A DNA stretch of 58,834 nt, from positions 1 through 58,834 of the IMG/VR virus record IMGVR_UViG_3300025645_000083. One strand, 5' to 3'. Position 1 is the stretch's first letter, and the number at the start of each line of letters is the position of its first letter. The notes under the pieces were generated by a model that searched no databases, was not told the DNA's origin, and was given only the letters and a program-made list of their open reading frames with translations. Both the position numbers and the translations under genes were made by a program. This document shows, one piece after another, positions 19,141 to 28,005 of the stretch. Origin of the DNA: a virus (lineage: Duplodnaviria > Caudoviricetes).

Positions 19141-19887
19141 ATGGCAAAATTTAATGTAACAAATGTTAGCTCTATCAACCTGCCTCCAACCGAGGTGGGT
19201 GATATTACAATTAATATAGTTTTTGCAGTGGGCACACATGTGTTTACTCCAGCTAATTTCACGACAGAGACAGTTCCTGTTTATTCTGACCCAGAGGGAG
19301 ATGATGTATTTACAGTTAAAATTACTGCTCTTCCTACCTTAGGGTCATTAGAACTAAGTGCTGTTGCTGTTAATGTTAATGATGAGATAACTTTAGCGGA
19401 TATAACAGCGGGTAATCTTACTTACGATATTGCTGTTGCTGAGACTGCTGGATATTCTGATTCAGATATGACATTCAATATAGCTGATGATGGATCTGAA
19501 ACTTATGGAGTCATAACTGATGGTATTGTAACTTTCGCCGTGACATCTGAAATTAATTTACCTCCTAGTGATGTTGGGGACAATATCATAAACTTAACAA
19601 ATGGTGAGTTTTACACGTTTACATCAGCTAACTTTACAACAGAAACTACACCAGCGTATGTTGATCCAGAAGGAGATGCACCTTATAAGGTAAAAATACT
19701 TACTCTTCCTGCAAATGGAACATTAAAATTTAATGGAACTAATGTTATTGTAAATCAAGAAGTAACTGTTGCAGAAATTGATGCTGGACTTCTTACGTAT
19801 GTTCCAGATGTTTCAATCAAAACTGTACAATCACTTACCTTTGACTTTGCAGTATCGGATGTTGGGTCGGAAGGTTTTACTAGTTAA
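19141..19887 (+). CDS. Tandem cadherin/Ig-like domain protein (fibre or decoration)
   Basis: Two repeats of INLPPxxVGD...ANFTTETxPxYxDPEGD...VKIxxLP...VNxExTxAxIxAGxLTY. Confidence 0.8.
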   Translation: MAKFNVTNVSSINLPPTEVGDITINIVFAVGTHVFTPANFTTETVPVYSDPEGDDVFTVKITALPTLGSLELSAVAVNVNDEITLADITAGNLTYDIAVAETAGYSDSDMTFNIADDGSETYGVITDGIVTFAVTSEINLPPSDVGDNIINLTNGEFYTFTSANFTTETTPAYVDPEGDAPYKVKILTLPANGTLKFNGTNVIVNQEVTVAEIDAGLLTYVPDVSIKTVQSLTFDFAVSDVGSEGFTS

Positions 19888-19921
19888 TGAAATGTATATC
19901 AGAAGATAATGATATAAAAAC

Positions 19922-19952
19922 TTGACTTGTATAATATAAAATCGTATATTTA
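19922..19952 (+). promoter_or_regulatory. Bacteroidota sigma-A-type promoter
   Basis: TTG-N20-TATATTTA, close to the TTG...TAnnTTTG consensus. Confidence 0.6.
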
Positions 19953-19972
19953 CAAAAACAATATATTTTTAT

Positions 19973-20977
19973 ATGAGTTCAAACATCAGTAAAATTAAAG
20001 AATTTTTAGGGAGAAGACAAGGTTATTTAAAATGTGGTAATCAAAGGATTGCAGACGCTTTAGATGCTGAATACGGAGGCTTCAACTTATTTAAGCTTAA
20101 TGATATAAAGAGCGTAAAAAAACAGCTTAAAAGACGCGGAGTAAAGGCCATGGTTAAAGTAGCTAAAAGCACATCCTCAGACAGTGATATGAAAAGACAA
20201 CTGCAAGAGATGGCGAGTAAATTAGGAATGAAAGTAGTGGACAGTGAACCACAACAAATTAAACCTGGAAATGCATACTCAAGTAGAGACATTTCAAGAC
20301 TAAAACCTTATAAGAAAGGTAATATAGATAATATTCTAATTATAGGTGACTTACATGAGCCATTTTGTTTAGATGAATATTTGTTCTTTTGTAGAGAGCA
20401 ACAAGAAAAATACGATTGCGGAACAGTAATCTTTATAGGAGATGTGATTGATAATCACTATTCCAGTTATCATGAGCAAGATCCAGATGGCTATGCGGCT
20501 GGTGAGGAGCTTGATAGAGCAATTGATAGAATATCTGATTGGCATGCTATCTTTCCAAAAGCTACTGTTATAATAGGCAACCATGATAGAATGGCTTATA
20601 GAAAAGCTACAACTGCAGGTCTATCTAGAAAATGGGTAAGAGCATATAGTGATGTTCTTAATACGCCAGGTTGGGATTTTGTAGAGAACATTGAATTGTT
20701 TAATATAAACTTTAATCACGGTGAAGGCGGAACTGCAAGAACAAGAATAAAAAATGAATTGCAGTCACAAGTACAAGGACACTTGCACTCTCAATTTTAT
20801 GTTGAGTTTATAGCAGGCATGAACTTCTTGATATTTGGAATGCAAGTAGGATGTGGAGTAGACAGAGAAGCCTATGCAATGGCTTACGGAAGGAATTACA
20901 AAAAGCCCATTATTGGATGTGGAGTAGTTCTTGATAAAGGTACAATGCCAATTCCATTACCTATGAAAATGAAGTAG
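19973..20977 (+). CDS. Calcineurin-like metallophosphoesterase with basic N-terminal extension
   Basis: GDLH, GDVID, GNHD, HG and GHLH motifs. Confidence 0.9.
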   Translation: MSSNISKIKEFLGRRQGYLKCGNQRIADALDAEYGGFNLFKLNDIKSVKKQLKRRGVKAMVKVAKSTSSDSDMKRQLQEMASKLGMKVVDSEPQQIKPGNAYSSRDISRLKPYKKGNIDNILIIGDLHEPFCLDEYLFFCREQQEKYDCGTVIFIGDVIDNHYSSYHEQDPDGYAAGEELDRAIDRISDWHAIFPKATVIIGNHDRMAYRKATTAGLSRKWVRAYSDVLNTPGWDFVENIELFNINFNHGEGGTARTRIKNELQSQVQGHLHSQFYVEFIAGMNFLIFGMQVGCGVDREAYAMAYGRNYKKPIIGCGVVLDKGTMPIPLPMKMK

Positions 20978-20982
20978 AAACA

Positions 20983-21297
20983 ATGAATGAACATATCATA
21001 ATTGGCTCAATAACACTACCATATAGCCTCTCAAACACTGAGAGGCTTTTGTGGTTAGAAGACTGGATGTACGAATGCGCAGAAGGAATATTGGTAAATA
21101 GAATTATTGAAGTCATATTTACTAGAAAAGAAGCCATAGAAGACTCAATTGAATTTTTGGTAAAAAACAATACACACTGGATCCTTATGAAGGATAATGA
21201 ATTCTTAGCACCAAATGGTATAATAGTTAGATTTCATTATGACGAAGAAGGAGACAAATTATTAAGTCAAATAAGAAACACATACAAGAATGACTAA
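20983..21297 (+). CDS. Hypothetical protein
   Basis: Tightly packed ORF between its neighbours. Confidence 0.6.
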   Translation: MNEHIIIGSITLPYSLSNTERLLWLEDWMYECAEGILVNRIIEVIFTRKEAIEDSIEFLVKNNTHWILMKDNEFLAPNGIIVRFHYDEEGDKLLSQIRNTYKND

Positions 21298-21970
21298 GAA
21301 AGAATTAATATACACAGTCTTTGAGAAACTAAAAGTTAACTCTGATGATATGGATATCACAGAAGAGTTTGTTAGCTTCTTGATTGATAGCAAGCGCGCA
21401 ATGCTACTCAAGCAAAGATTTGATGCTAAGCCCTGGGCTATGCCGATAGAGACTAAACAAGAGCTTTGCTTAAGCCTAGAGGTTGTTTCTAAGGTAGCAG
21501 ACATGCCATGCTTTGGAAGAATAGTAAGAACAACTGTATCTTTACCTCCAAGTATTAAGATTAAAGGAAAAGAAGGCCCACTAACTGTTAGAAAATATGA
21601 TAGCTCAGCAATACATGTTAATATCATTCCATTAGAGAGAATACCTTTTATTGGAAACAATCAATTCACTGCCTCTATGATATATGGTACAATTGACTAT
21701 GATAATAACTTCTATTTAGTATCAGGGTCAGATAAGCTAAATCTTATGACTGAAATTAAGATAGCTGATATCTTTGAGAAGCCTGGTAATGCCGCTCTAT
21801 TAGAATGTGGTGCAGCAGATGAGGATTGTGAAGTATGGGAAAGAGAGTATCCAGTTGAACTATCCATGGTAGATGATCTGGTTAAAATAGTTGTACAAGA
21901 TTTGTCAAGAACATTTAATATTCCTGATGATAGTACTAATGATGCAGATGGCGAAAGAAAAGGACAATAG
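21290..21970 (+). CDS. Tail ring protein, crAss-like
   Basis: SDDxDIT...FLIDSKRAMLLKQ, QELCLxLE, EYP and PDDSTND motifs. Confidence 0.75.
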   Translation: MTKKELIYTVFEKLKVNSDDMDITEEFVSFLIDSKRAMLLKQRFDAKPWAMPIETKQELCLSLEVVSKVADMPCFGRIVRTTVSLPPSIKIKGKEGPLTVRKYDSSAIHVNIIPLERIPFIGNNQFTASMIYGTIDYDNNFYLVSGSDKLNLMTEIKIADIFEKPGNAALLECGAADEDCEVWEREYPVELSMVDDLVKIVVQDLSRTFNIPDDSTNDADGERKGQ

Positions 21971-22457
21971 GAGTCATATAGTTAAAGCTGATTACGGCAC
22001 AAATGACTATTATAGATACTATAAAAAAAAGTATAGAACAAATGTATCTAGACTTGTTTATGGTCAAATCATAAGAGAGTTCAATGAGCACACTAGAGAT
22101 AGGTTGTCACATAAAGGAGCTGGATGTATTATACCTTCTGGATTAGGAAAAATAGAACTGCGGAAGGTAAAGACTGAGGTTAAAATAGATGAAGATGGAT
22201 CTATAATCAACCACTTACCAACTAACTGGAAAGAAACAAGAAAACTCTGGGCTGACAATCCTAAGGCAAGAGAAAAAAGAATAAAGATTAAATTTACCAA
22301 CGAGCACACTGATGGGCATATGTTCAGAATAGTGTACTTAAGATCTAAAGCAATATATAAAAACAAAAGCGTATATAAGATGAGGTTTAATAGAACTATG
22401 AAGAGGGATCTCTCTAAGTCTATATTCCAAGGTCGTATTGATGCATTCTTAAAATAA
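21948..22457 (+). CDS. IHF/HU-like DNA-binding protein of crAss-like phages
   Basis: Basic protein with DYYRYY, PSGLGKIELRK, NWKETRKLW and NEHTDG; ATG 21948 preferred. Confidence 0.75.
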   Translation: MAKEKDNRSHIVKADYGTNDYYRYYKKKYRTNVSRLVYGQIIREFNEHTRDRLSHKGAGCIIPSGLGKIELRKVKTEVKIDEDGSIINHLPTNWKETRKLWADNPKAREKRIKIKFTNEHTDGHMFRIVYLRSKAIYKNKSVYKMRFNRTMKRDLSKSIFQGRIDAFLK

Positions 22458-22463
22458 CACACA

Positions 22464-23183
22464 ATGGCAAACACCGGAAGATTAGTAAGTATTAAAATGA
22501 TAGCTGATAGGCTAATGAGAAATCCTGTCTTAAAAGACTTAAGCTGGGAATTCATTGTTGACAATGCTATTGAAGTAATGCGCATACTAGAAACTCCTGC
22601 TCTATTTATCTCTAAGCAAGAAGCTGTTGAGATATCAAATTTCAAAGGAACTCTTCCTATTGATATAATGAAGGTAGAAGCAGTGTATAGACAAGATACT
22701 GATACTAGTGATCTTATCCCATTAAGGACTGGAACTGACACACTACACAACCACTATGATTCATATAATGATGCAACATCAGGAACTAATGGTGGTCAAA
22801 CATACACAATGAACAATAGTAAGATATTCGCTAACTTTGAGACTGGTACAGCTGTAATAGTTTATAAGGCCATAGCAATGGATGAGGAATGCTACCCTTT
22901 GGTTCTAGATAATGCAGTGTTACTTAGGTGTATTGAAAGTTATATAAAATATAGATGGTTTGACATCCTTAATGACATGGAACAAATCTCTGATAGAAAA
23001 CTAAACAAAGCTGAAGTAGACTATTTAGCTAATGTTGCGCAAGCTGATACTAATTTGAAACTACCTTCTGATGATGAGATGGAAACAATAGTTAATCAGA
23101 TCACTCAGCTAATACCATCAAGAACTCAATTTCAAGATAGATTTGCATTTTTAGGTGCACAAGAACACTTACGTATACACTAA
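22464..23183 (+). CDS. Tail ring/tubular protein (P22 gp4-like)
   Basis: FKGTLPxD, YKAIAMDEECYP and CIESYIK motifs; precedes the muzzle gene. Confidence 0.8.
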   Translation: MANTGRLVSIKMIADRLMRNPVLKDLSWEFIVDNAIEVMRILETPALFISKQEAVEISNFKGTLPIDIMKVEAVYRQDTDTSDLIPLRTGTDTLHNHYDSYNDATSGTNGGQTYTMNNSKIFANFETGTAVIVYKAIAMDEECYPLVLDNAVLLRCIESYIKYRWFDILNDMEQISDRKLNKAEVDYLANVAQADTNLKLPSDDEMETIVNQITQLIPSRTQFQDRFAFLGAQEHLRIH

Positions 23184-23186
23184 GAC

Positions 23187-26100
23187 ATGATTAAACAACA
23201 ACTACTTGGCTACAAAGGAATGTCAAAGGATCTTGCTAAAAGCAAGCAATCTGACAAATACTTTGATGCTAAAAACATAAGAATACTAGCTACTGATCAA
23301 CAAAGTTCTTTCTCTGTAACGAATGAGCATGGGAATTCTCAGGTCTTTGCTATTCCTACTCCAGTGTTCAATATTACGGATACTAGTATTGATTATACTG
23401 TTGGAACAACTGCTAAGAGTTTAGCTTACAAAACTAACACCTCTGTTATACCACGTTGTGATTTAGAGGCTAATTTCTATGGCGCCGCAGGACCGGTAGA
23501 AACTTCTGGCACACAAGTGATCATAGGAGTAAAAGAATTAAGAGATTCAGCTATCATTGTAACAACTGATAGCTCTGGCTTTGATTGCTTCTGGGAGTTA
23601 ACTAATGTAAACTCTGGATTGTTTGACTTAGAGTTGCTTTACATGAATGACCTAGGTCTTAATAAGACAAACCTAGTTCAGGTAGAGTATAACTACGAGA
23701 ATTCAATCATACAAAAAATATACTTTGTAGATGGTAAGAATCAATTAAGAACAATGAATATACGTCAAAGTATAGCTGTTGGTGACTCTAAAAATTTAAT
23801 AGATGTGCCGTCTACTGCAATTGATACAGTATCTACATTTGACTTATCTCAAGCCGTTGTTGATTCTGTAGTATCTGGTGGTGGTCACACTGCTGGAATG
23901 GTTCAATACGCGTATGGATTATATATTTTAAATGGATCACAGACTACTATATCTCCATTGTCTGAATTAGTGTCTCTTGACAAGGGTATTGGACTTGGGG
24001 GTGGTGATGTTAACGAGAATGTTGGTAGAGCAGTGATTGTAAATGTGCCGGACATTGACCAGACATTCACACATATTAGAATATACGCTATTAAATACAC
24101 TTCTTATAATGAAGAGCCTGAGGCTTCGCTTATTGCGGACAAGGAAATAGATAATTTCTCAACCTTCACATATTATGATGATGGTTCACGGGTATCAAGT
24201 ATTTCGTTAGCTGCATTCGTGTTTTTAGGATCAGATCCTATTATACCAAAACACATAGCTACTAAAGATAATAGATTATACCCAATAAACATTAAAGAAA
24301 ATACATTTGATTTTGAACTTGACACAAGATGTTATGGTCATAATTCATTTGGTCACATGTCTGTATGGGAAAATATATACTTAAATACATCTAATAATCT
24401 TAGTGGAAATATACTTCCAATAAATGGACCTTCTATTGATTATACATTAGTTCGAGAAAGACATGATTCTATTAATAGGGACTATGATGATTACAAGTAT
24501 CAATCTGATGGAACTACATTAGGCGCAGAAGGAAAGTACTTTAAAGTTGAAGTTGATCAATCTACTTTAACTGATTCAGAGGCGCTTGATAAGCAATTCT
24601 TAAAAGATAGAGAGATATATAGAATAGGAATTCAATTATACAATAGACGTGGCCAAAAGAGTGAGCCTAGTTGGATGTGTGATCTTAAAATACCTGATGG
24701 AAATCTATCAGGAAATTACAATAAGCTTAGAGTAACTTTAAAAGCTGACTTCTATGTTTGGCTAAATACTTCATCTAATTTTGATACTCCGGACGATATA
24801 CCTACTGGATATAAAGTATTAAGGGCTGATAGAACTATTACTGATAAAACAATACTTACTCAAGGTATTATAAACCCAATGGTTGCTAATATTCAGCACA
24901 CTACTAAGCATACAAATCGTTCTGAAAGAAAAACTGATGTAAATACTTCAGAGACAGATAAAATGCCTAGTGTTATTAGAACTTTTCAAACTAATGTTCC
25001 TTTTGTTAAATGTAAAGATTATCATGAGACAGCTTGGAAGGATAGTAATGATTCTACTTTTAGTGACTTAGGAAGAGGTAGAGATAGAGAAGGATTTAAA
25101 GGCGCAGCCTCAAGTGATTGGCGTGCGCAAACATTCCAGCACAATAGACTGCTTCAGATGTTTTCTCCTGAAATATTATTTACTGACATTAGCATTGACT
25201 CTTCTTATGAATTAGAGATTGTAGGACTAATGGAAGAAGATTATTCAGCTAATTGGTCAACAGAAACTAATCCAACTAGTGGTGTACATGGTCAAGAAGC
25301 TAAATTTATAAATGGATTCACATCCGATTCACCTGGCGTTACAATTAACACAATAAAAGGCAATGCTGGATACCTTAGTGATAAGGCATTTTTTGGTCCA
25401 ACCAATGACGATCATAATGTAGCAACACATCAGATGTACAGGCAGTTTAAAGGAGATTTTAGTGTAGCAACTGGTACTCGTAGATATGAACTATATGGAA
25501 CTCCAGAAGTAACAGAGAAAGGGTCAGACTTTACTACATATAATGGTGATACAAACATAAGGTATTCTAATCATCTTAAGAGTCATTTAATTGATGATTT
25601 TAGAGATAGTGATAACGCTAAAGATAATGGTGGTGATAATGCAATTCAAATATTAGGTATTACATCAGAAGGAGCTAAATGCGTTACATTCATGGAAGGT
25701 CCTGATGATAATACATATGATTTAGAAAATAGAACTCCAATTGAAGACATGCATTCTGCATCAGGTATAGCAGAAACAAATGGTATACTTGTGGCTGAAT
25801 TCGCTAAAGATAACAATACAATATATATAGGATCTATATATGGAGGTATGACATTTGAAGCTAAATCTATTAGTTCGTATATTGGTATTGGCACTTACAC
25901 GCCAATAGCCACTGATTCTATATTAATTCAATCTCCTGGAGATACCTTTGTTAACACGTTTACATTTACAAAAATAGCTAAGCAAGATACTGAAGAGACA
26001 TCACAAGCTTACAATAGAGTATGTGAAATAGTGTCAGTTAAATTAGAATCTAGTATAGATTTAAGAAATAGAAATGATTTATCTCTTTCAGAATGGGATA

Positions 26101-27266
26101 ACAGATACCAGCCTAGATACGAAGAGTATCAAAGCTATAACAGAGTTTATTCTCAGCAACCTTCATTAGTTAAGAGTTCAGAGACTGGATTTAAATCTAA
26201 AAAGATACAGGAGTTTGACACAAGACTAATGGCGTCAAAAGAAAAAATACCTGGAGAGAGTGTAGATTCTTGGACAGATTTCTTACAAAATGAAACTATG
26301 GACCTAGATGGTCAATATGGCCCAATAAACGCCGTAGTAAATGCAAATGATGAGATATATTGTTTACAGGATTCAGGTGTTGCGCATATATCAGTAAACC
26401 CTAGAGTTCAAACCTCAGGAGCTGATGGAGTTGCGATAGAGCTTGGTGTTGGTGGTATACTTCATGATTATCAATATGTAACAACTAAATCCGGATGTTT
26501 AAATAAATGGGGCGTAGTTGCTACACAAACAGGATTCTATTACATAGATATCCTTAATAAAGGGATCATACAGTTTAATGGACAAATTAAAGGCTTATCT
26601 GATCAAGAAGGGTTTCATGCTGAGTTCAACAACTCAATGATATACAATGACCTTGTGTTAGACAATGCTGTAAACTCTTTTGGAGTTGCAACAGGATACA
26701 ATAGTGTAAATAATGATGTTTACTTTTCTATGAAAATGTCAACAGGAAGCTTTACAATAGCATACAACGAAGCTACTGGCAGTTTTGTAAGCTATTATGA
26801 TTATATTCCAGCCTGGTATATAAATAAGGGGGCTCGAATGATTACATCAAATCCTGCTAATACACAAATATGGGAGCACTTCCAAGGCTCTAAGAATCAC
26901 TTTTATGGTGTACATTATCCTTCTACAATAGAATTTAATGTTTCTCCACAAGGAGAAAGAGACGTTGTGTTTAATAATGCTTCTTATAAGATGGAAATGA
27001 TTAATAGTGCTGGATCTGACCAACCTAATACTGGCCTTACTAAAGTAAGAGTGTACAATGACTATCAGGATAGTGGTGAAATAGCACTTGCTCTTAGAGA
27101 CAACATGTTTAAGAAATTCAGATCTTGGAAGGTTAACTTGCCAAGAAATGCTGGATCAAGAGATAGAATAAGAAACCCTTGGAGTTTTATTGAATTTACA
27201 TTTGATAACACCTCAGGCAACAGTATGGTCTTGCATGACATGACTATTCATTACACAGAGTATTAA
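23187..27266 (+). CDS. Tail stabilisation/muzzle protein (P22 gp10-like)
   Basis: KGMSKDL...FDAKNIRI, KIYFVDGKNQLR, EIYRIGI, GDTF, DSWTDF, YGPIN, KKFRSW and RIRNPW motifs. Confidence 0.9.
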   Translation: MIKQQLLGYKGMSKDLAKSKQSDKYFDAKNIRILATDQQSSFSVTNEHGNSQVFAIPTPVFNITDTSIDYTVGTTAKSLAYKTNTSVIPRCDLEANFYGAAGPVETSGTQVIIGVKELRDSAIIVTTDSSGFDCFWELTNVNSGLFDLELLYMNDLGLNKTNLVQVEYNYENSIIQKIYFVDGKNQLRTMNIRQSIAVGDSKNLIDVPSTAIDTVSTFDLSQAVVDSVVSGGGHTAGMVQYAYGLYILNGSQTTISPLSELVSLDKGIGLGGGDVNENVGRAVIVNVPDIDQTFTHIRIYAIKYTSYNEEPEASLIADKEIDNFSTFTYYDDGSRVSSISLAAFVFLGSDPIIPKHIATKDNRLYPINIKENTFDFELDTRCYGHNSFGHMSVWENIYLNTSNNLSGNILPINGPSIDYTLVRERHDSINRDYDDYKYQSDGTTLGAEGKYFKVEVDQSTLTDSEALDKQFLKDREIYRIGIQLYNRRGQKSEPSWMCDLKIPDGNLSGNYNKLRVTLKADFYVWLNTSSNFDTPDDIPTGYKVLRADRTITDKTILTQGIINPMVANIQHTTKHTNRSERKTDVNTSETDKMPSVIRTFQTNVPFVKCKDYHETAWKDSNDSTFSDLGRGRDREGFKGAASSDWRAQTFQHNRLLQMFSPEILFTDISIDSSYELEIVGLMEEDYSANWSTETNPTSGVHGQEAKFINGFTSDSPGVTINTIKGNAGYLSDKAFFGPTNDDHNVATHQMYRQFKGDFSVATGTRRYELYGTPEVTEKGSDFTTYNGDTNIRYSNHLKSHLIDDFRDSDNAKDNGGDNAIQILGITSEGAKCVTFMEGPDDNTYDLENRTPIEDMHSASGIAETNGILVAEFAKDNNTIYIGSIYGGMTFEAKSISSYIGIGTYTPIATDSILIQSPGDTFVNTFTFTKIAKQDTEETSQAYNRVCEIVSVKLESSIDLRNRNDLSLSEWDNRYQPRYEEYQSYNRVYSQQPSLVKSSETGFKSKKIQEFDTRLMASKEKIPGESVDSWTDFLQNETMDLDGQYGPINAVVNANDEIYCLQDSGVAHISVNPRVQTSGADGVAIELGVGGILHDYQYVTTKSGCLNKWGVVATQTGFYYIDILNKGIIQFNGQIKGLSDQEGFHAEFNNSMIYNDLVLDNAVNSFGVATGYNSVNNDVYFSMKMSTGSFTIAYNEATGSFVSYYDYIPAWYINKGARMITSNPANTQIWEHFQGSKNHFYGVHYPSTIEFNVSPQGERDVVFNNASYKMEMINSAGSDQPNTGLTKVRVYNDYQDSGEIALALRDNMFKKFRSWKVNLPRNAGSRDRIRNPWSFIEFTFDNTSGNSMVLHDMTIHYTEY

Positions 27267-27285
27267 CTTTGTGTGATAGTCAATA

Positions 27286-27316
27286 TTGGAATTAGGTGTT
27301 GTTTTTAATATATTTG
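27286..27316 (+). promoter_or_regulatory. Bacteroidota sigma-A-type promoter
   Basis: TTG-N20-TATATTTG, an exact TAnnTTTG match; ATG follows after 5 nt. Confidence 0.7.
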
Positions 27317-27321
27317 TAACT

Positions 27322-28005
27322 ATGAGAAAGATTAAAGCGTGTATAAATTGGTTTGTTGGGTTCTTTTTTTCTGGAGCATTAGGCTTATTAACTGAGTGGT
27401 TAATGTTCCCAATAGCCTGGTTATTCAAGGGGTACGGTAAGAAGTCACCTTTCTGGATATGGATGGATGACTCAAGATTTAATGATGGAACATATAATGG
27501 TTTCATGCCTGATTACTCATCGTATTTAATTCTTAATGGGTCAGAAGATGAAGAAACCTTTCTAATTGCTTACAAATGGCACTTAAGAAATTCTGTTTGG
27601 AACTTAAAAAGTCTACTTAAACCAACTATGCTTCCTTTTAAAACGGACGGAAACAATAATATAATTATAATTGAGACCATAATAGACGAGTTATATACTT
27701 ATAATGATAATTGGATACCACAAGATGGTAAGTGGGAATCTATTGCAGGATTGAAATACATCCCAATAGACCCTAATCAAGACAAGTGGCAAGTTAATCA
27801 AGGAGATGAGATCTCAATTGAAACATCTATACTAGGTACCGGATTCATTTGGTATGAGGTTCTAGGTGATTTGTCATTTAAATACTCTCAATGCATAGAA
27901 GTTAACTATCTATTCTGGAAAGGATATAGAACAATACAATTAGGAACCAGTCAATCTGGATTCAGATTCACAATAAAGCATCAGGCTATTAAACCCTGGA
28001 AATAA
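27322..28005 (+). CDS. Hypothetical Trp-rich membrane-associated protein (moron-like insert)
   Basis: Hydrophobic N-terminus, FWIWMDD and YKWHLRN motifs; has its own promoter. Confidence 0.6.
   Translation: MRKIKACINWFVGFFFSGALGLLTEWLMFPIAWLFKGYGKKSPFWIWMDDSRFNDGTYNGFMPDYSSYLILNGSEDEETFLIAYKWHLRNSVWNLKSLLKPTMLPFKTDGNNNIIIIETIIDELYTYNDNWIPQDGKWESIAGLKYIPIDPNQDKWQVNQGDEISIETSILGTGFIWYEVLGDLSFKYSQCIEVNYLFWKGYRTIQLGTSQSGFRFTIKHQAIKPWK

Noticed and set aside
22064-22750. Long antisense ORFs (also 38495-39163, 10836-11264, 49859-50272, 57563-57964)
   Set aside because: Shadows of well-supported genes on the opposite strand, with no recognisable motifs.
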